Shown: positions 42,496 through 53,197 of the stretch, in pieces
How positions within the stretch are numbered: position 1 is the first letter of the stretch
Layout: every line of letters begins with the position of its first letter
Assembly: GCA_965242495.1 (NCBI GenBank)
Contig: OZ251446.1
Location: 2,751,530-2,815,529 of the forward strand
From: Alphaproteobacteria bacterium
GTDB lineage: Bacteria; Pseudomonadota; Alphaproteobacteria; MPNO01
Direction: 5' to 3'
Length of the DNA stretch: 64,000 bases
Position numbers and translations under genes: made by a program
Notes under the pieces: generated by a model
What the model saw: the letters and a program-made list of their open reading frames with translations, nothing else
What the model was told of the DNA's origin: nothing
Database searches by the model: none

Positions 42496-44007
42496 TCAGA
42501 ACCCGCGCCAGTCGGCGGACTGTTCGAAGGCGTGGGCGGCGCGGTAGATCGCGCATTCGTCCCAGTGGCGCCCGGCCAGCATCAGCCCGATCGGCAGGCC
42601 GTCGCCCAGGCCGCAGGGGAGGCTCATCGCCGGGTGGCCGGTCAGGTTGAAGCCCGACGTGTTGGCGAGCATCTCCCACGCGACCCGCGTGACCTCCTCC
42701 GGGGCCGCGTCGGGCGGCGGCAGCTTCGACGCCTTGACCGGCAGCGTCGGCATCAGCAGCAGATCGCAGCCGGCGAGCGCCTCGTCGTAGGCGGCGCGCA
42801 GCCGGCGGCGCAGATTCATCGCCTTGGCGTAGTAGCGCCCGCGATAGCGGCCGAGCGAATACTGGCCGAACAGGGCGATGATCTTGATCGTGTCGGCGAA
42901 CTCGTCGGCGCGGCCGCGCCAGCCCGCGGCGGCGTTGAGCAGGCTGGCGACGTAGAGCCCCTCATGGTTCACCCCGCCGCCGTTCATCGTCATCATGGTG
43001 ACGAAGCCGCCGTCATGGCCGACCGGGACCCAGATGCGCGACGCCATGGCGTGCAGCGGGATCGAGACCTCCACCGGCTCGGCCCCGAGCCCGGCGAGCC
43101 GTTCGACGCCCGCCCGCACCTTGGCGTCGACGTCGGGCTGGGAATTGTCGTGGCCGAACCCCTCCTTGACGACGCCGATGCGGAGACCCTTCGCGTCCTG
43201 CCCCAGCGCCTCCGTGTAGCGCGCGACCCGGGCCCCGCGCTGGCGCGAATCCAGCCCGTCGGGCCCCGCGATCGTCTCCAGCAACAGCGCGTTGTCGGCC
43301 ACGTTGGCGGTGATCGGGCCGCAATGGTCGACGGTGGTCTCGAGCGAGACCGCCCCGGTATAGGGAACCAGGCCGAAGCTGGGCTTCATGCCGTAGACGC
43401 CGCAATAGGACGCCGGGATGCGGATCGACCCGGCCTGATCGCCGCCCAGGGCCATGTCCACGTCGCCGGCGGCCACGACCGCGGCCGAGCCGGACGACGA
43501 CCCGCCGGCCGACCAGCCCCGCCGCCAGGGGTTGTGCACCGGGCCGGTGGCGCTGGTCGCGCTGGTGCCGGAGACGCAGAGATACTCGCACACCGCCTTG
43601 CCGGCGATCTCGCCGCCGGCGTCGAGGATGCGCGTGACCACGGTGGCGTCGACCTCGGGGGTGTAGCCTTCGAGCACGCTGGCGCCGTTCATCATCGGCA
43701 CCCCGGCGACGCAGATGTTGTCCTTGATCGCGACCCGCCGGCCCTCGAGCCGCCCGCGCGGCGAACCCCGGATGGCGGTCTTGTAATACCAGGCGCCGTG
43801 CGGGTTCTCGTCGGCGTCGGGGCGGTAGCCCGGGGTGCGCGGATAGCGGACCTCGGGCAGTTCGTCGGGCAGCGCGTCCAACGCCCGGTAGGCCGCGGCC
43901 AGCGGCTTCATGATCCGCCGCGCCTCCTCCAGATAGTCGTCCGCAGGCGCCATGCCGAGCGCATCCGCCGACTCCCGGAGCTGCGCAACCGTCGGAAGCT
44001 GAAACAT
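42496..44007 (-). CDS. Amidase signature family enzyme 2
   Basis: AIKDNI, GGSSSGS, GGDQAGSIRIPASYCG. Confidence 0.92.
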   Translation of the reverse strand: MFQLPTVAQLRESADALGMAPADDYLEEARRIMKPLAAAYRALDALPDELPEVRYPRTPGYRPDADENPHGAWYYKTAIRGSPRGRLEGRRVAIKDNICVAGVPMMNGASVLEGYTPEVDATVVTRILDAGGEIAGKAVCEYLCVSGTSATSATGPVHNPWRRGWSAGGSSSGSAAVVAAGDVDMALGGDQAGSIRIPASYCGVYGMKPSFGLVPYTGAVSLETTVDHCGPITANVADNALLLETIAGPDGLDSRQRGARVARYTEALGQDAKGLRIGVVKEGFGHDNSQPDVDAKVRAGVERLAGLGAEPVEVSIPLHAMASRIWVPVGHDGGFVTMMTMNGGGVNHEGLYVASLLNAAAGWRGRADEFADTIKIIALFGQYSLGRYRGRYYAKAMNLRRRLRAAYDEALAGCDLLLMPTLPVKASKLPPPDAAPEEVTRVAWEMLANTSGFNLTGHPAMSLPCGLGDGLPIGLMLAGRHWDECAIYRAAHAFEQSADWRGF

Positions 44008-44020
44008 TCCGTCCTCTCCT

Positions 44021-44725
44021 TCAGGCCCGGAGGCCGACGAATTCGTCCACCGCCGCCGCCTCGCCCAGCCGGGCCGGGTCCGGCCCCTCCCGGATCGCGC
44101 CCTTCTGGATGATCAGCACCCGGTCGGACAGTTCGGCGACGAACTCCAGATTCTGCTCGACCAGGACGACGGTCAGATCGCGCGCGCGCCTCAGCCCGGC
44201 CAGCAGTTCGAGGATCTGGCCGACGATCGACGGCTGGACGCCCTCGGTCGGCTCGTCGAGCAGGATCAGCCGCGGGCCGGCGCACAGGCAGCGGGCGATG
44301 GCCAGTATCTGCTGCTCGCCGCCGCTGAGCGCGGCTCCCTGGCGGTCGAGCAGCGGCCGCAGCCGAGGGAAGTCGGCGAGCACCGCCTCGACGGCGCCGC
44401 TCTCCGCTTTGCCGCCCGCCAGCGCGCCCATCCGCAGATTGTCCATCACGCTGAGCCGGGGGAAGATGTCGCGCCCCTGGGGGACGTAGCCCATGCCGCG
44501 GCGCGCGCGGCGATGCGGCGGCTCGCGGGTCACGTCCTCGCCGTCGAAGCGGACGGCGCCGCCGGTGGCCGGGATCAGCCCCATCAGCGCGCGCATCAGC
44601 GTCGTCTTGCCCATGCCGTTATGGCCGAGGATGCCGACGACCTCGCCCCGGGCCGCGTCGAAGCCGATCCCGTCGAGGATCGGGATGCGGCCGTAGCTGG
44701 CCCGAAGGCCGTCTACGCTAAGCAT
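44021..44725 (-). CDS. ABC ATPase (UrtE/LivF-like)
   Basis: GHNGMGKTT, YVPQGRDIFP, LSGGEQQ, LLDEPTEGVQPSIV. Confidence 0.9.
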   Translation of the reverse strand: MLSVDGLRASYGRIPILDGIGFDAARGEVVGILGHNGMGKTTLMRALMGLIPATGGAVRFDGEDVTREPPHRRARRGMGYVPQGRDIFPRLSVMDNLRMGALAGGKAESGAVEAVLADFPRLRPLLDRQGAALSGGEQQILAIARCLCAGPRLILLDEPTEGVQPSIVGQILELLAGLRRARDLTVVLVEQNLEFVAELSDRVLIIQKGAIREGPDPARLGEAAAVDEFVGLRA

Positions 44726-45458
44726 CGTCCGCCTGGCGCGCGCCCGCCGCCCGCCGGCCGAGATAGACGTCGCGGACGCGGTCGTCGGCGAGGACGCGCT
44801 CGATGTCGTCCTCGACCAGAATCCGGCCCCGATGGAAGACGGTGACCTTGCGGGCGATCATGCGGACGAACTGCATGTCGTGCTCGACCACGATGGTCGT
44901 CCGGTCGCGGCCGATCTCGCGGATCAGCCCGGCCGTGCGCGCCACCTCCTCCTGGGTCATGCCCGCGGTCGGCTCGTCGAGCAGCAGCAGCCGCGGCTCG
45001 CTCGCCAGCACGACGCCGAGCTCCAGCCATTGGCGCCGGCCGTGCGGCAGATGGCCGGCCGCCATCCGCGCCTGGTCCTGCAAGCCGACGCGGGCGAGGA
45101 TGCGCTCGACCGCCTCGCCGGCCTCGGCGCGGCCGCGCCGGCGGCGCGCCGCCAGCCGCAGATTCTCGGCCACGCTCAGCCCGTCGAACAGGCTCGGCGT
45201 TTGGGTCTTGATGGCGACGCCGAGGCGGCCCACCGCATGGGGCTGCGCGCGGGTCACGTCGCGGCCGTCGAACAGGATGCGCCCCGCGCTCGGCCGCAGC
45301 TGGCCGGTCAGGCATTTGAAGAAGGTGCTCTTGCCGGCCCCGTTGGGGCCGATCAGGCAGCGCAGCTCGCCCTCCTCCAGGGTGAAGTTGGCGCGGTCCA
45401 CCGCGGTCACGCCGCCGAACCGCATCGACAGGTCGCGGGTCTCGAGGATCGGCGCCAT
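44718..45458 (-). CDS. ABC ATPase (UrtD/LivG-like)
   Basis: GPNGAGKST, LPHGRRQWLELG, VVEHDM. Confidence 0.9.
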   Translation of the reverse strand: MAPILETRDLSMRFGGVTAVDRANFTLEEGELRCLIGPNGAGKSTFFKCLTGQLRPSAGRILFDGRDVTRAQPHAVGRLGVAIKTQTPSLFDGLSVAENLRLAARRRRGRAEAGEAVERILARVGLQDQARMAAGHLPHGRRQWLELGVVLASEPRLLLLDEPTAGMTQEEVARTAGLIREIGRDRTTIVVEHDMQFVRMIARKVTVFHRGRILVEDDIERVLADDRVRDVYLGRRAAGARQADDA

Positions 45459-45478
45459 GCGCGCGCGTCCCGGCGGCC

Positions 45479-46489
45479 CTAACGCGCCCGGGTCGCGAAC
45501 AGCCGGTCGCCCAGCGGCGCGAACAGGCGGGCCGCCAGCGGCGCGAGGCCGCGCGGGGCGAACAGCACGATCGCCACGAACACGACGCCCAGCACCAGGT
45601 TGATGTCGGTGATCTTGGTCTCGCCCAGCCAGGTGGCGACGTATTGGATCAGCACGCAGCCGACGATCGGCCCGAACAGCGTCCCCAGCCCGCCGACCAG
45701 CAGCCACATGATGATCTGCGCGGTCTGTAGCAGCGAGAACACGGTCGGGCTGACATAGGCGCCCCAGGCGCAGAACAGCACCCCGGCGAGCCCGGCGATG
45801 CCGGCCCCGACGGCGAGCACGATCAGCTTGTAGCGGCGGACGTCGTAGCCGAGCAGCTCGGCGCGGGTTTCGTTCTCGCGGATCGAGACGACGACGCGGC
45901 CGAAATCGCTGGCCAGCAGCAGGCGCAGGCCGAAATAGACCGCGACCAGGAGCGCCGCGCTCAGCACGTAGAGGTCGTCGTAGACGATCGGCGCGCCGGC
46001 GTCGCCCGGCGCGTTGATCGGCGGCACCGACGGTATGCCGTTATAGCCGCCCAGCAGCGCCTTGCCGATCTTGTATTCGCTGCCCGCGGTGGCGCCGACG
46101 AAGTAGTAGAAGATCAGCGACGCCGCGAGGGTGATCACCGCCAGATAGACGTCGCTGACGCGGCCCCAGAACATGAAGTAGCCGAGCACGACGGCGAGCA
46201 GCGCCGGCAGCAGAACGCCGAGCAGCAGCGGCAGCGTGCTCTCGCCGATGTTGATCGCCGCGACGGCGTAGCTGTAGGCCCCGAGGCCGAAGAACATCGA
46301 TTGGCCGAGACACAATATGCCGCCGAACCCCCAGACCAGGGCGAGGCTCAGGGCGAGGATCGACATCGTCGCGAACAGGGTGAGATCGAACATCAGGAAG
46401 GTCTCGGCGACGGCCGGGACGACGAAGACCGCGCCCGCGCCGAGCCCCGCCATGGCCCACAGCCCCGCGGCGCCGGAGGACAGTCTCAC
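45479..46489 (-). CDS. ABC permease (UrtC/LivM-like)
   Basis: VWGFGGILCLGQSMFFGLGAY, SIRENETRAELLGYD; GTG start overlapping the upstream stop. Confidence 0.88.
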   Translation of the reverse strand: MRLSSGAAGLWAMAGLGAGAVFVVPAVAETFLMFDLTLFATMSILALSLALVWGFGGILCLGQSMFFGLGAYSYAVAAINIGESTLPLLLGVLLPALLAVVLGYFMFWGRVSDVYLAVITLAASLIFYYFVGATAGSEYKIGKALLGGYNGIPSVPPINAPGDAGAPIVYDDLYVLSAALLVAVYFGLRLLLASDFGRVVVSIRENETRAELLGYDVRRYKLIVLAVGAGIAGLAGVLFCAWGAYVSPTVFSLLQTAQIIMWLLVGGLGTLFGPIVGCVLIQYVATWLGETKITDINLVLGVVFVAIVLFAPRGLAPLAARLFAPLGDRLFATRAR

Positions 46490-47352
46490 AGCCCGCGCCG
46501 GAAATAGCGGCCGGTGATGCCGTTCGGCAGCATCCGCAGCAACACGATCGCCACCGCCAGGAGCGCGACCTCGCCGACGACCGGCCGGCTGACGAAGGTG
46601 ACCCCCTGGCTGACGACGCCGAACACCGCCGCCGCGGCGCCGGTGCCCGAGAGCGCCACCGCGCCGCCGCCGATCACGGTGATGAAGGCCTTGACCACGT
46701 AGGTGATCCCGACGTCGGGCAGCACGCCCGCGATCGGCGCCAGGATCGCGCCGGCGAGGCCGCTGAGCGCCGCGCCGATGCCGAAGGTGACCGCGTAGAC
46801 GCGGCCCACGTCGGCCCCGAGAGCGCCGGACATGGCGGCGTTCTGCATCGCGCCGCGCGCGATCAGGCCGAAGCGGGTGTATTTGAGGCCGGCATAGACC
46901 GCGGCGAGGATCGCCGCGGTCATGCCGATGACGAAGAAGGTGTAGCCGCCCTCCTTGTAGGCGCCGATGTCGACGTCGCCCAGCGGCGGGGCGACGCCCT
47001 TCTGGTGGTAGCCGAGCGCGACCGCGGCGAGGCCGATGAAGAACAGGCTGAGCCCCCAGGTGGCGAGGATCGTCTCGACGATGCGTCCGTACAGATGGCG
47101 GATGACCAGCCGCTCGACGATCACGCCGACGACGCCGACCGCGGCCGGGGCCACGACCAGCATGGCGATCCACAGGTTGACGCCGGCCCCGGCCGCCATG
47201 ATGAAGGCGTAGCCGCCCAGCATCAGGAACTCGCCATGGGCGAAGTTGATGACGCCCATCATGCCGAAGATGACCGCCAGCCCGATGCTGATCAGCGCCA
47301 GGCTGGCGACCGCATAGAGTATCTGGACGACGACGACGACCGCCAGATCCAT
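46486..47352 (-). CDS. ABC permease (UrtB/LivH-like)
   Basis: GLAVIFGMMGVINFAHGEFLMLG, TILATWGLSL. Confidence 0.88.
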   Translation of the reverse strand: MDLAVVVVVQILYAVASLALISIGLAVIFGMMGVINFAHGEFLMLGGYAFIMAAGAGVNLWIAMLVVAPAAVGVVGVIVERLVIRHLYGRIVETILATWGLSLFFIGLAAVALGYHQKGVAPPLGDVDIGAYKEGGYTFFVIGMTAAILAAVYAGLKYTRFGLIARGAMQNAAMSGALGADVGRVYAVTFGIGAALSGLAGAILAPIAGVLPDVGITYVVKAFITVIGGGAVALSGTGAAAAVFGVVSQGVTFVSRPVVGEVALLAVAIVLLRMLPNGITGRYFRRGL

Positions 47353-47405
47353 GCCGCTCGGCCTCTTCGCCGCGGCGCCGGGGGGCGGGGGACCGGCGCG
47401 CGGTC

Positions 47406-48644
47406 TCAGATCTCCGGCTCGTACATCACGTTGGTGTCGGGCCGGGCGATCAGATCGCACTGGCCGCCGGTATTGGTCGGCGGCACGTTCGGGAACTTCT
47501 TGCGAATGTGGAACCGGCCGCCTTGCGCCTCGGCGATGTACATGTCCATGTGGCAGTGATGGGTCTTGGGATCGACCGTCAGCGGCCCGCCCGGCCCGTC
47601 GATCGACAAGCCGCTCTCCATCGCTTCGATGACCTTCTCGCGGTCGATGGAGCCCGCCTTTTCGACCGCGGCGGCCCACAGCTTCCAGCCGTACCAGTCC
47701 TTCGGCGGAACGTCGGTGAGATAGCCGTAATCGGCGCCGTAGCGCTTGCGGAAGGCGGCGAGCCAGGTCTTGTTCTCCGGCGTGTCCAGGTCTTCGTAAT
47801 AGGAGCCGGCGGTCATGATGCCGTCCGCCACCGCCGGCGGCATGCGCACCACCTCGCCGGCGGCCCCGAAGGTGGTGGATACCTGCGGGATGCGCTTGTT
47901 CATGCCGGCGGCCGCCCACTGGCCGTAGAAGGAGGCGTGGGCGGGGCCGACGAAGACGTTCATGACGTAGTCGGGTTCGGCCGCCTGGATCTTGCTGATC
48001 GTGGCGCCGAACTGGTTCACGTCGAGCGGGAAGAACTCCTCGCCCACGACCTCGCCGCCGATGTCGCGGGCGGCCTTGCGGATCCATTTCGCCGTGATCT
48101 GGCCGTAATTGTAGTCGGCCGCGAGCACGTAGACCTTCTTGCCCCAGCGCTTGGCCGCCTCGCCGACCAGCAGGTCGACGTAGCCGCCCGGCATCGAGCC
48201 GGTGGCGAAGAAGTTGCGGTCGCACACGCCGCCTTCGTAGTTGGTGTTGTAGATGTAGAGCGTCTTGAGCTTGTGCAGGATCGGACGGATGACCTCGCGC
48301 GACGAGGAGGTGAGCCCGCCCTGGACCACGGCCACCCGGTCGCGCAGCGCCATCTGGTTGCCGTACTGGTTGTAGAACTGCATCTGCGACTGCGAGTCGT
48401 AGGACTTGACCTCGAGCCGCCTGCCGAGCAGCCCGCCCGATTCGTTGATCTCGTCGATCGCCATCCGGGCGCAGCGCCACTGGTTCTGCCCGAACAGCTG
48501 GAGCGGGCCGGAAAGGTCGTAGATCGCTCCCACCTTGATCGTGTCCGCGGCCCGCGCGCGCGCGGACAGGACGAAGGGGCCGGCGGCGAGGGCGGCGGCA
48601 GCGGCGGCCGATCCCTTGACGAAATCACGGCGTTTGACACCCAT
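47406..48644 (-). CDS. ABC substrate-binding protein (UrtA/AmiC-like), Tat-exported
   Basis: KRRDFVK twin-arginine signal; GGLTSSSRE, YEGGVC, ADYNYG. Confidence 0.88.
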   Translation of the reverse strand: MGVKRRDFVKGSAAAAAALAAGPFVLSARARAADTIKVGAIYDLSGPLQLFGQNQWRCARMAIDEINESGGLLGRRLEVKSYDSQSQMQFYNQYGNQMALRDRVAVVQGGLTSSSREVIRPILHKLKTLYIYNTNYEGGVCDRNFFATGSMPGGYVDLLVGEAAKRWGKKVYVLAADYNYGQITAKWIRKAARDIGGEVVGEEFFPLDVNQFGATISKIQAAEPDYVMNVFVGPAHASFYGQWAAAGMNKRIPQVSTTFGAAGEVVRMPPAVADGIMTAGSYYEDLDTPENKTWLAAFRKRYGADYGYLTDVPPKDWYGWKLWAAAVEKAGSIDREKVIEAMESGLSIDGPGGPLTVDPKTHHCHMDMYIAEAQGGRFHIRKKFPNVPPTNTGGQCDLIARPDTNVMYEPEI

Positions 48645-48887
48645 TTCGCTTCCTCCCTGTCGAGTCTGCTGCGACGTTCGTCCCTGGCGGCCGCGGCGAC
48701 GCGGCCGCGACCGCAACCGGCACGATAGCCCGCATTTCTCACCCTGTCCACGACCTGCGTCCCCGTCCCCGGCGCCGGGGCGGATCCCGGTCGCCCGCGA
48801 AACGGCTGTCGGGGAGGCCGCGCCCGCGGTATGGTCTCGCATGTCCGCCCGCGGCCGCCGCCGGCGGCGGGCGGTGGGGGTCCGACC

Positions 48888-49901
48888 ATGACGCTGGCGC
48901 TGATCTGCTGCTCCCACAGCCCGCTGTCGCTGGGCTTTCTCGACCCCGCCGACCGCGAAGCCGAAGACGACTGGCGGCGCGCGCTCGCCGGCCTCGACCG
49001 CTGGGTGCGGGACTACGACCCCACGCTGGTGGCGATCTTCTACCCCGATCATTTCAACGCCTTCTTCTACCGGGCGATGCCGTCCTTCTGCATCGCCACC
49101 GCGGCGCGCGGCGGCATCGACTGGGGCGGCGCGCCCGCCCCGCTCGACGTCCCCGCCGCCATCGCGATGGGCTGCCTCGAAGCGGTCCGCGCCGCCGGGG
49201 TCGACGCCGCCCTGTCGCGCCGGATGCTGGCCGACCACGGCGTGACGATGCCGCTCAACGCCTTCTGCGGCGGGCTCGACGCCCGGCCCTGCCTGCCGAT
49301 CATGGTCAACGGCAACGCGCCGCCCTGCCCGGGCTTCGCCCGCGTGCGCCGGCTGGGCGAGGCGGTGGGCGGCTATCTCGCCGGGCTGGACGAGCGGGTG
49401 CTGATCGTGGGTTCGGGCGGGCTGTCGCACGATCCGCCCAACGCCGGGCCGGCGATGTTCGACGGCGGCCTGCCCGACCGGCTGATCGACGGCGGCGAGG
49501 CCGCCAAGCCCGATTACGATCGCCGCCAGGAGCGGGTGATCCGCGCCGCCCGCGACCTCGCCGCCGGCGGCAACCCCTGCCTGCCGCCCGATGCGGCGTG
49601 GGACCTGGCCTTCATGGAGTCGCTCCGCGCCGGCGATCTGGAGGCGTTCGACGACGCCGACGACGACGCCCTCGCCGCGGTCGGCGGGGCCGGCGTCCAC
49701 GAGGTCCGCTGCTGGACCGCGGCCTTCGCCGCGCTGCGGACGCAAGGCCCCTCTCGCGCGGTGATCGACTGCTACCGCGCGGTGCCCGAATGGCTGACCG
49801 GCATGGGAATCATGCGCGCCGTCCTGCGCGACGGCGCGCGCGACGCCCCGGAGCTCGACGCCGCGCCGCCGGCCGAGGCGGCCGCGCTCAGCCGCCGGTG
49901 A
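48888..49901 (+). CDS. MhpB/LigB-type extradiol dioxygenase
   Basis: CCSHSP, PDHFNAFFY, ADHGV, GSGGLSHDPP, HEVRCW. Confidence 0.82.
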   Translation: MTLALICCSHSPLSLGFLDPADREAEDDWRRALAGLDRWVRDYDPTLVAIFYPDHFNAFFYRAMPSFCIATAARGGIDWGGAPAPLDVPAAIAMGCLEAVRAAGVDAALSRRMLADHGVTMPLNAFCGGLDARPCLPIMVNGNAPPCPGFARVRRLGEAVGGYLAGLDERVLIVGSGGLSHDPPNAGPAMFDGGLPDRLIDGGEAAKPDYDRRQERVIRAARDLAAGGNPCLPPDAAWDLAFMESLRAGDLEAFDDADDDALAAVGGAGVHEVRCWTAAFAALRTQGPSRAVIDCYRAVPEWLTGMGIMRAVLRDGARDAPELDAAPPAEAAALSRR

Positions 49902-50919
49902 TCTTCTTCCGCGCCCGCTCGAGCACTTCGGGCGAGATGTCGAACGACCGGTCGACGATCTTCTGGATGGCGGCCGCCGGCAGCGGGTTGATCCGCAGCT
50001 TCCGCTTCTCGGCCGCGGCCAGCAGGCCGGGCTCGGCGACCGTCGCGGCGAACGCCTTCCGCAGCGCCGCCACCCTGTCCGCCGGCGTCCCCGGCGGCGC
50101 CACCAGACCGCGCCCGATCGAGCTCAGCGACGCCAGGAAGGCGACGATCTGCTTGTCCTCCTCGCTGGTCAGCAGGTCCGACAGCATCGGGACGCCCGGC
50201 AGGTCCTTCTCCGGTTCGTAGCCGATCTGCGCCAGCGCCTTGACGAAGCCGCCCGGCTTGAACCACTCCGCCTTGTTGGTCTTCCACGACAGCCAGGTCA
50301 GCGCGATCCCCTGCGCCTCGCCCTGCTCGACGGCGAGCTGCATCTTGGCGGCGCCGCGATAGCCGGTGACGATCTTGAACTTCGCCCCGGTGAGCGCGCC
50401 CACCGCGCGCGGCATCAGATAGGTCGGAGAACTCCTGCCGCTGGCCGCCATGACGACCTCTCTGGTCTTGAGGTCGGCGAGCGAGTCGGCGCCCGCGTCG
50501 GCGCGCACGCCGATCACCGAGTTGGTCTGGATCGCGGTGCCGAGCCAGATGAACTCGCGCGACCGGTATTTCGCCTTTTCGGGCCGCAGCAGCTCGAAGA
50601 TGACCATCGTCTCCAACGGCATGTAGAGCCCGGTGCCGTCCTTGGGCAGCACGTTGAAGGCGTAGTTGGCGGCCTTGAGTCCGCCCGCCCCCGGCATCGA
50701 CTGGGTGATGACCTTGGGGTTGCCCGGGATGTGTCTGGTCAGGAACTCGGCCAGGATGAAGGAATACTTGCCGTAGGTCCCGCCGGGGCCGAAGCCGTAG
50801 ACGATCTTGACCGTCTTGCCCTTGTAGAAGTCGGCGATCGCATCCGCCCGCGCCGTCTGCGACGCGCACAGGGCAAGCGCCGCCGCCGCGGGCAGCGCGA
50901 ATTTGAGCATTCTCGACAT
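49888..50919 (-). CDS. Tripartite tricarboxylate transporter substrate-binding protein (Bug/TctC)
   Basis: ADFYKGKTV, GPGGTYG, MPGAGGLKAAN, GYRGAA; AGGAGG SD. Confidence 0.85.
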   Translation of the reverse strand: MSRMLKFALPAAAALALCASQTARADAIADFYKGKTVKIVYGFGPGGTYGKYSFILAEFLTRHIPGNPKVITQSMPGAGGLKAANYAFNVLPKDGTGLYMPLETMVIFELLRPEKAKYRSREFIWLGTAIQTNSVIGVRADAGADSLADLKTREVVMAASGRSSPTYLMPRAVGALTGAKFKIVTGYRGAAKMQLAVEQGEAQGIALTWLSWKTNKAEWFKPGGFVKALAQIGYEPEKDLPGVPMLSDLLTSEEDKQIVAFLASLSSIGRGLVAPPGTPADRVAALRKAFAATVAEPGLLAAAEKRKLRINPLPAAAIQKIVDRSFDISPEVLERARKKITGG

Positions 50920-51100
50920 GACGCCTCCTGTCTGTGGACTGCCGTCGAATCTTCTTGTCGTTCGGGCGATACTAACCCGCATTTCGCGGCTTGGCCATGG
51001 GGCCGTCCTGTTTCGCTGCGGCGGTCGGAGCGACCGATCCCCGGTTTCCGCCCGCCGCCCGGCCGCCGCAGGCCGCGCCGCCGTCCGGGAGCGATGCCGC

Positions 51101-52765
51101 ATGGTCGATGCCGTCACGACCCAGGTGCTGCGCAACAAGATCGCGAGCCTCACCGACGAGATGCACTATCGCTTCTACCGCTCGGGCTATTCGACCATCA
51201 TCCGCGAATCGCGCGACTTCAGCTGCGTCGTCCTCGATCCTCGCGGCGGCCTGATCGTCGCCCCGCCGATGTTCTTCCACGCCCCGGTCTACAAGCATCT
51301 GGTCGGCCGCATCCTCGAACTGTACGGCGAGGACGGCCTCCGGGACGGCGACGTGTTCGTCTGCAACCACCCCTACGAAGGCGGCCTGCCGCACGTCTCC
51401 GACATGGCGTTCGTGGCCCCGATCTTCGCCGACGGGGCGCTGACGGGCTTCTCCGGCTCGATCGCCCACAAGGCGGACGTGGGCGGGGCGAACCCCGGCA
51501 GCACCTCGGCCGCCGCGACCGAGATGTATCACGAGGGCGTGCTGCTGCCGCCGGTCCGCATCCATGCCGCGGGCGCGCCCAGGGCCGACCTCGAACGGCT
51601 GATCCTCGCCAACAGCCGTCAGCCCGCACTGGTGCAAGGCGACATGCAGGCCCAGATCGCGGCCACCCGGTTCGGCGTCGAGCGCGTCCAGGAACTGTGC
51701 CGCCGCTTCGGGCGGGATACGCTGTCGCAAGCCTTCGCGGCGATCCTGGAGGGCGCCGCCGCCGGACTCCGCGCCGCGGTCGCCGCCCTGGAGGAGGGCT
51801 CCGCCACGGCCGAAGGGTTCATGGATTCCGACGGCGTGGACGTCGACCGTCCAATCCGTTTCGCCGTCACCGTGACCGTCGCCGGCGGGCTGGTGACGTT
51901 CGACTTCACCGCCAGCGACCGCCAGGCCAGGGGGCCGGTCAACCTGCGCCCGTCGATGGTCGAGGCGTGCTGCTTCTACGCCCTGATCGGCTGCCTCGAT
52001 CCCGGGTTGCAGTTCAACGACGGGATGCGGCAGGTCGCGCGCTTCGTCTACGCGCCCGGGACGATCGTCAACGCCGACCCGCCGGCGCCGGTCTCCAGCT
52101 ATCAGATGGCCAACCTCAAGCTGGTCGACGTGATCCTCGAAGCCCTGGCCCGCTTCAAGCCCGAACGCGCCGTCGCCAACGCCGGGTCGAGCAGCGCGCT
52201 GCTGATCTCCTGGTCCGGCGGCGGCCGCCCCGACCGGGCGAACCTGCAATACGAGATCCACGGCTCGGCGTATGGCGGCGGGCGGCAGGGCGACGGCGCG
52301 ACGGGGCTGGCGACGCATCTCAGCAACCTCCACGTCACCCCGATCGAGATCGTCGAGTCCGAGTTCCCCTGCCGCGTGGCCGAGTTCGACCTCGTCGCCG
52401 ACAGCGGCGGGCCGGGCGCGCATCGCGGCGGGCTGTCGCTGGCGCGGAGCTACGACCTGCTCCGGGACGCGGTGGTCGTCCGCCGCTACGACAAGTCGCG
52501 CCATCCGGCGGGCGGCCTCGCCGGCGGCGGCCCCGGCCGACCGGCCCGCTTCGTGATCCGCGCCGGGAGCGACCGGGAGGAGGAGACCCCCGCCTCGGGC
52601 CGGTTCGATCTCGAGGCCGGCGACCGCATCCGCCTCGAGACCGCGGGCGGCGGCGGCTTTGGCGATCCGCGCGCGCGCGCCGCTGCGGCGGTCGAGCGCG
52701 ACCTCGCCGAAGGGTACGTTTCGGCGGCCGCCGCCCGGCGCGAGTACGGCTGGCCGCGCGCGTGA
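51101..52765 (+). CDS. Hydantoinase B/oxoprolinase family protein
   Basis: STIIRESRDFSC, NHPYEGGLPHVSD, HKADVGG, DSGGPGAHRGG, TAGGGGFGDP. Confidence 0.9.
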   Translation: MVDAVTTQVLRNKIASLTDEMHYRFYRSGYSTIIRESRDFSCVVLDPRGGLIVAPPMFFHAPVYKHLVGRILELYGEDGLRDGDVFVCNHPYEGGLPHVSDMAFVAPIFADGALTGFSGSIAHKADVGGANPGSTSAAATEMYHEGVLLPPVRIHAAGAPRADLERLILANSRQPALVQGDMQAQIAATRFGVERVQELCRRFGRDTLSQAFAAILEGAAAGLRAAVAALEEGSATAEGFMDSDGVDVDRPIRFAVTVTVAGGLVTFDFTASDRQARGPVNLRPSMVEACCFYALIGCLDPGLQFNDGMRQVARFVYAPGTIVNADPPAPVSSYQMANLKLVDVILEALARFKPERAVANAGSSSALLISWSGGGRPDRANLQYEIHGSAYGGGRQGDGATGLATHLSNLHVTPIEIVESEFPCRVAEFDLVADSGGPGAHRGGLSLARSYDLLRDAVVVRRYDKSRHPAGGLAGGGPGRPARFVIRAGSDREEETPASGRFDLEAGDRIRLETAGGGGFGDPRARAAAAVERDLAEGYVSAAAARREYGWPRA

Positions 52766-52829
52766 CCGGGCGGGGAAGAGCCGGGACGGCGACCGGCGTC
52801 GTCGTCCCAATCCGCTCCGCCGCCTCGCC

Positions 52830-53100
52830 CTACGGCGTCCGCGGCGTCGCCGCGGGCAGGGCGTCGAGGCGCGCCGCGAACTGCGCCGCCCCTCCTGCTT
52901 CCGTCGCGCGCGTCGTCGTCTGCACTCCGATGGTGTCCATGTCCGTGTCCACCGTCACGGCGGGGGTGAGGAGCGGGATCCACTTGGCGATCGCGAGGCC
53001 GAAACTCGGATAGTAGACCGCGCCCACGAAGCCGCCGTTGGAGATCATGGTCTGGGTCGGCGTGAAAGAGAGCGAACGGGCGTTGGGAGAAAAGGCGCCG
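52830..53100 (-). pseudogene. Possible TAXI-type TRAP receptor N-terminal remnant
   Basis: ISNGGFVGAVYYPSFGLAIAKWI resembles the TAXI IxTGGxxGVYYPxGxAIA motif; short, no clear start. Confidence 0.35.
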
Positions 53101-53197
53101 CGAACCCGCTCATGGCCGTTCGCCGTATGCCTGCAACCCTGGCCCTTGGTCGAAAACGACCGTCGCCGTCAACTCTTCCCGGGCGGCGGGGCGTGGG

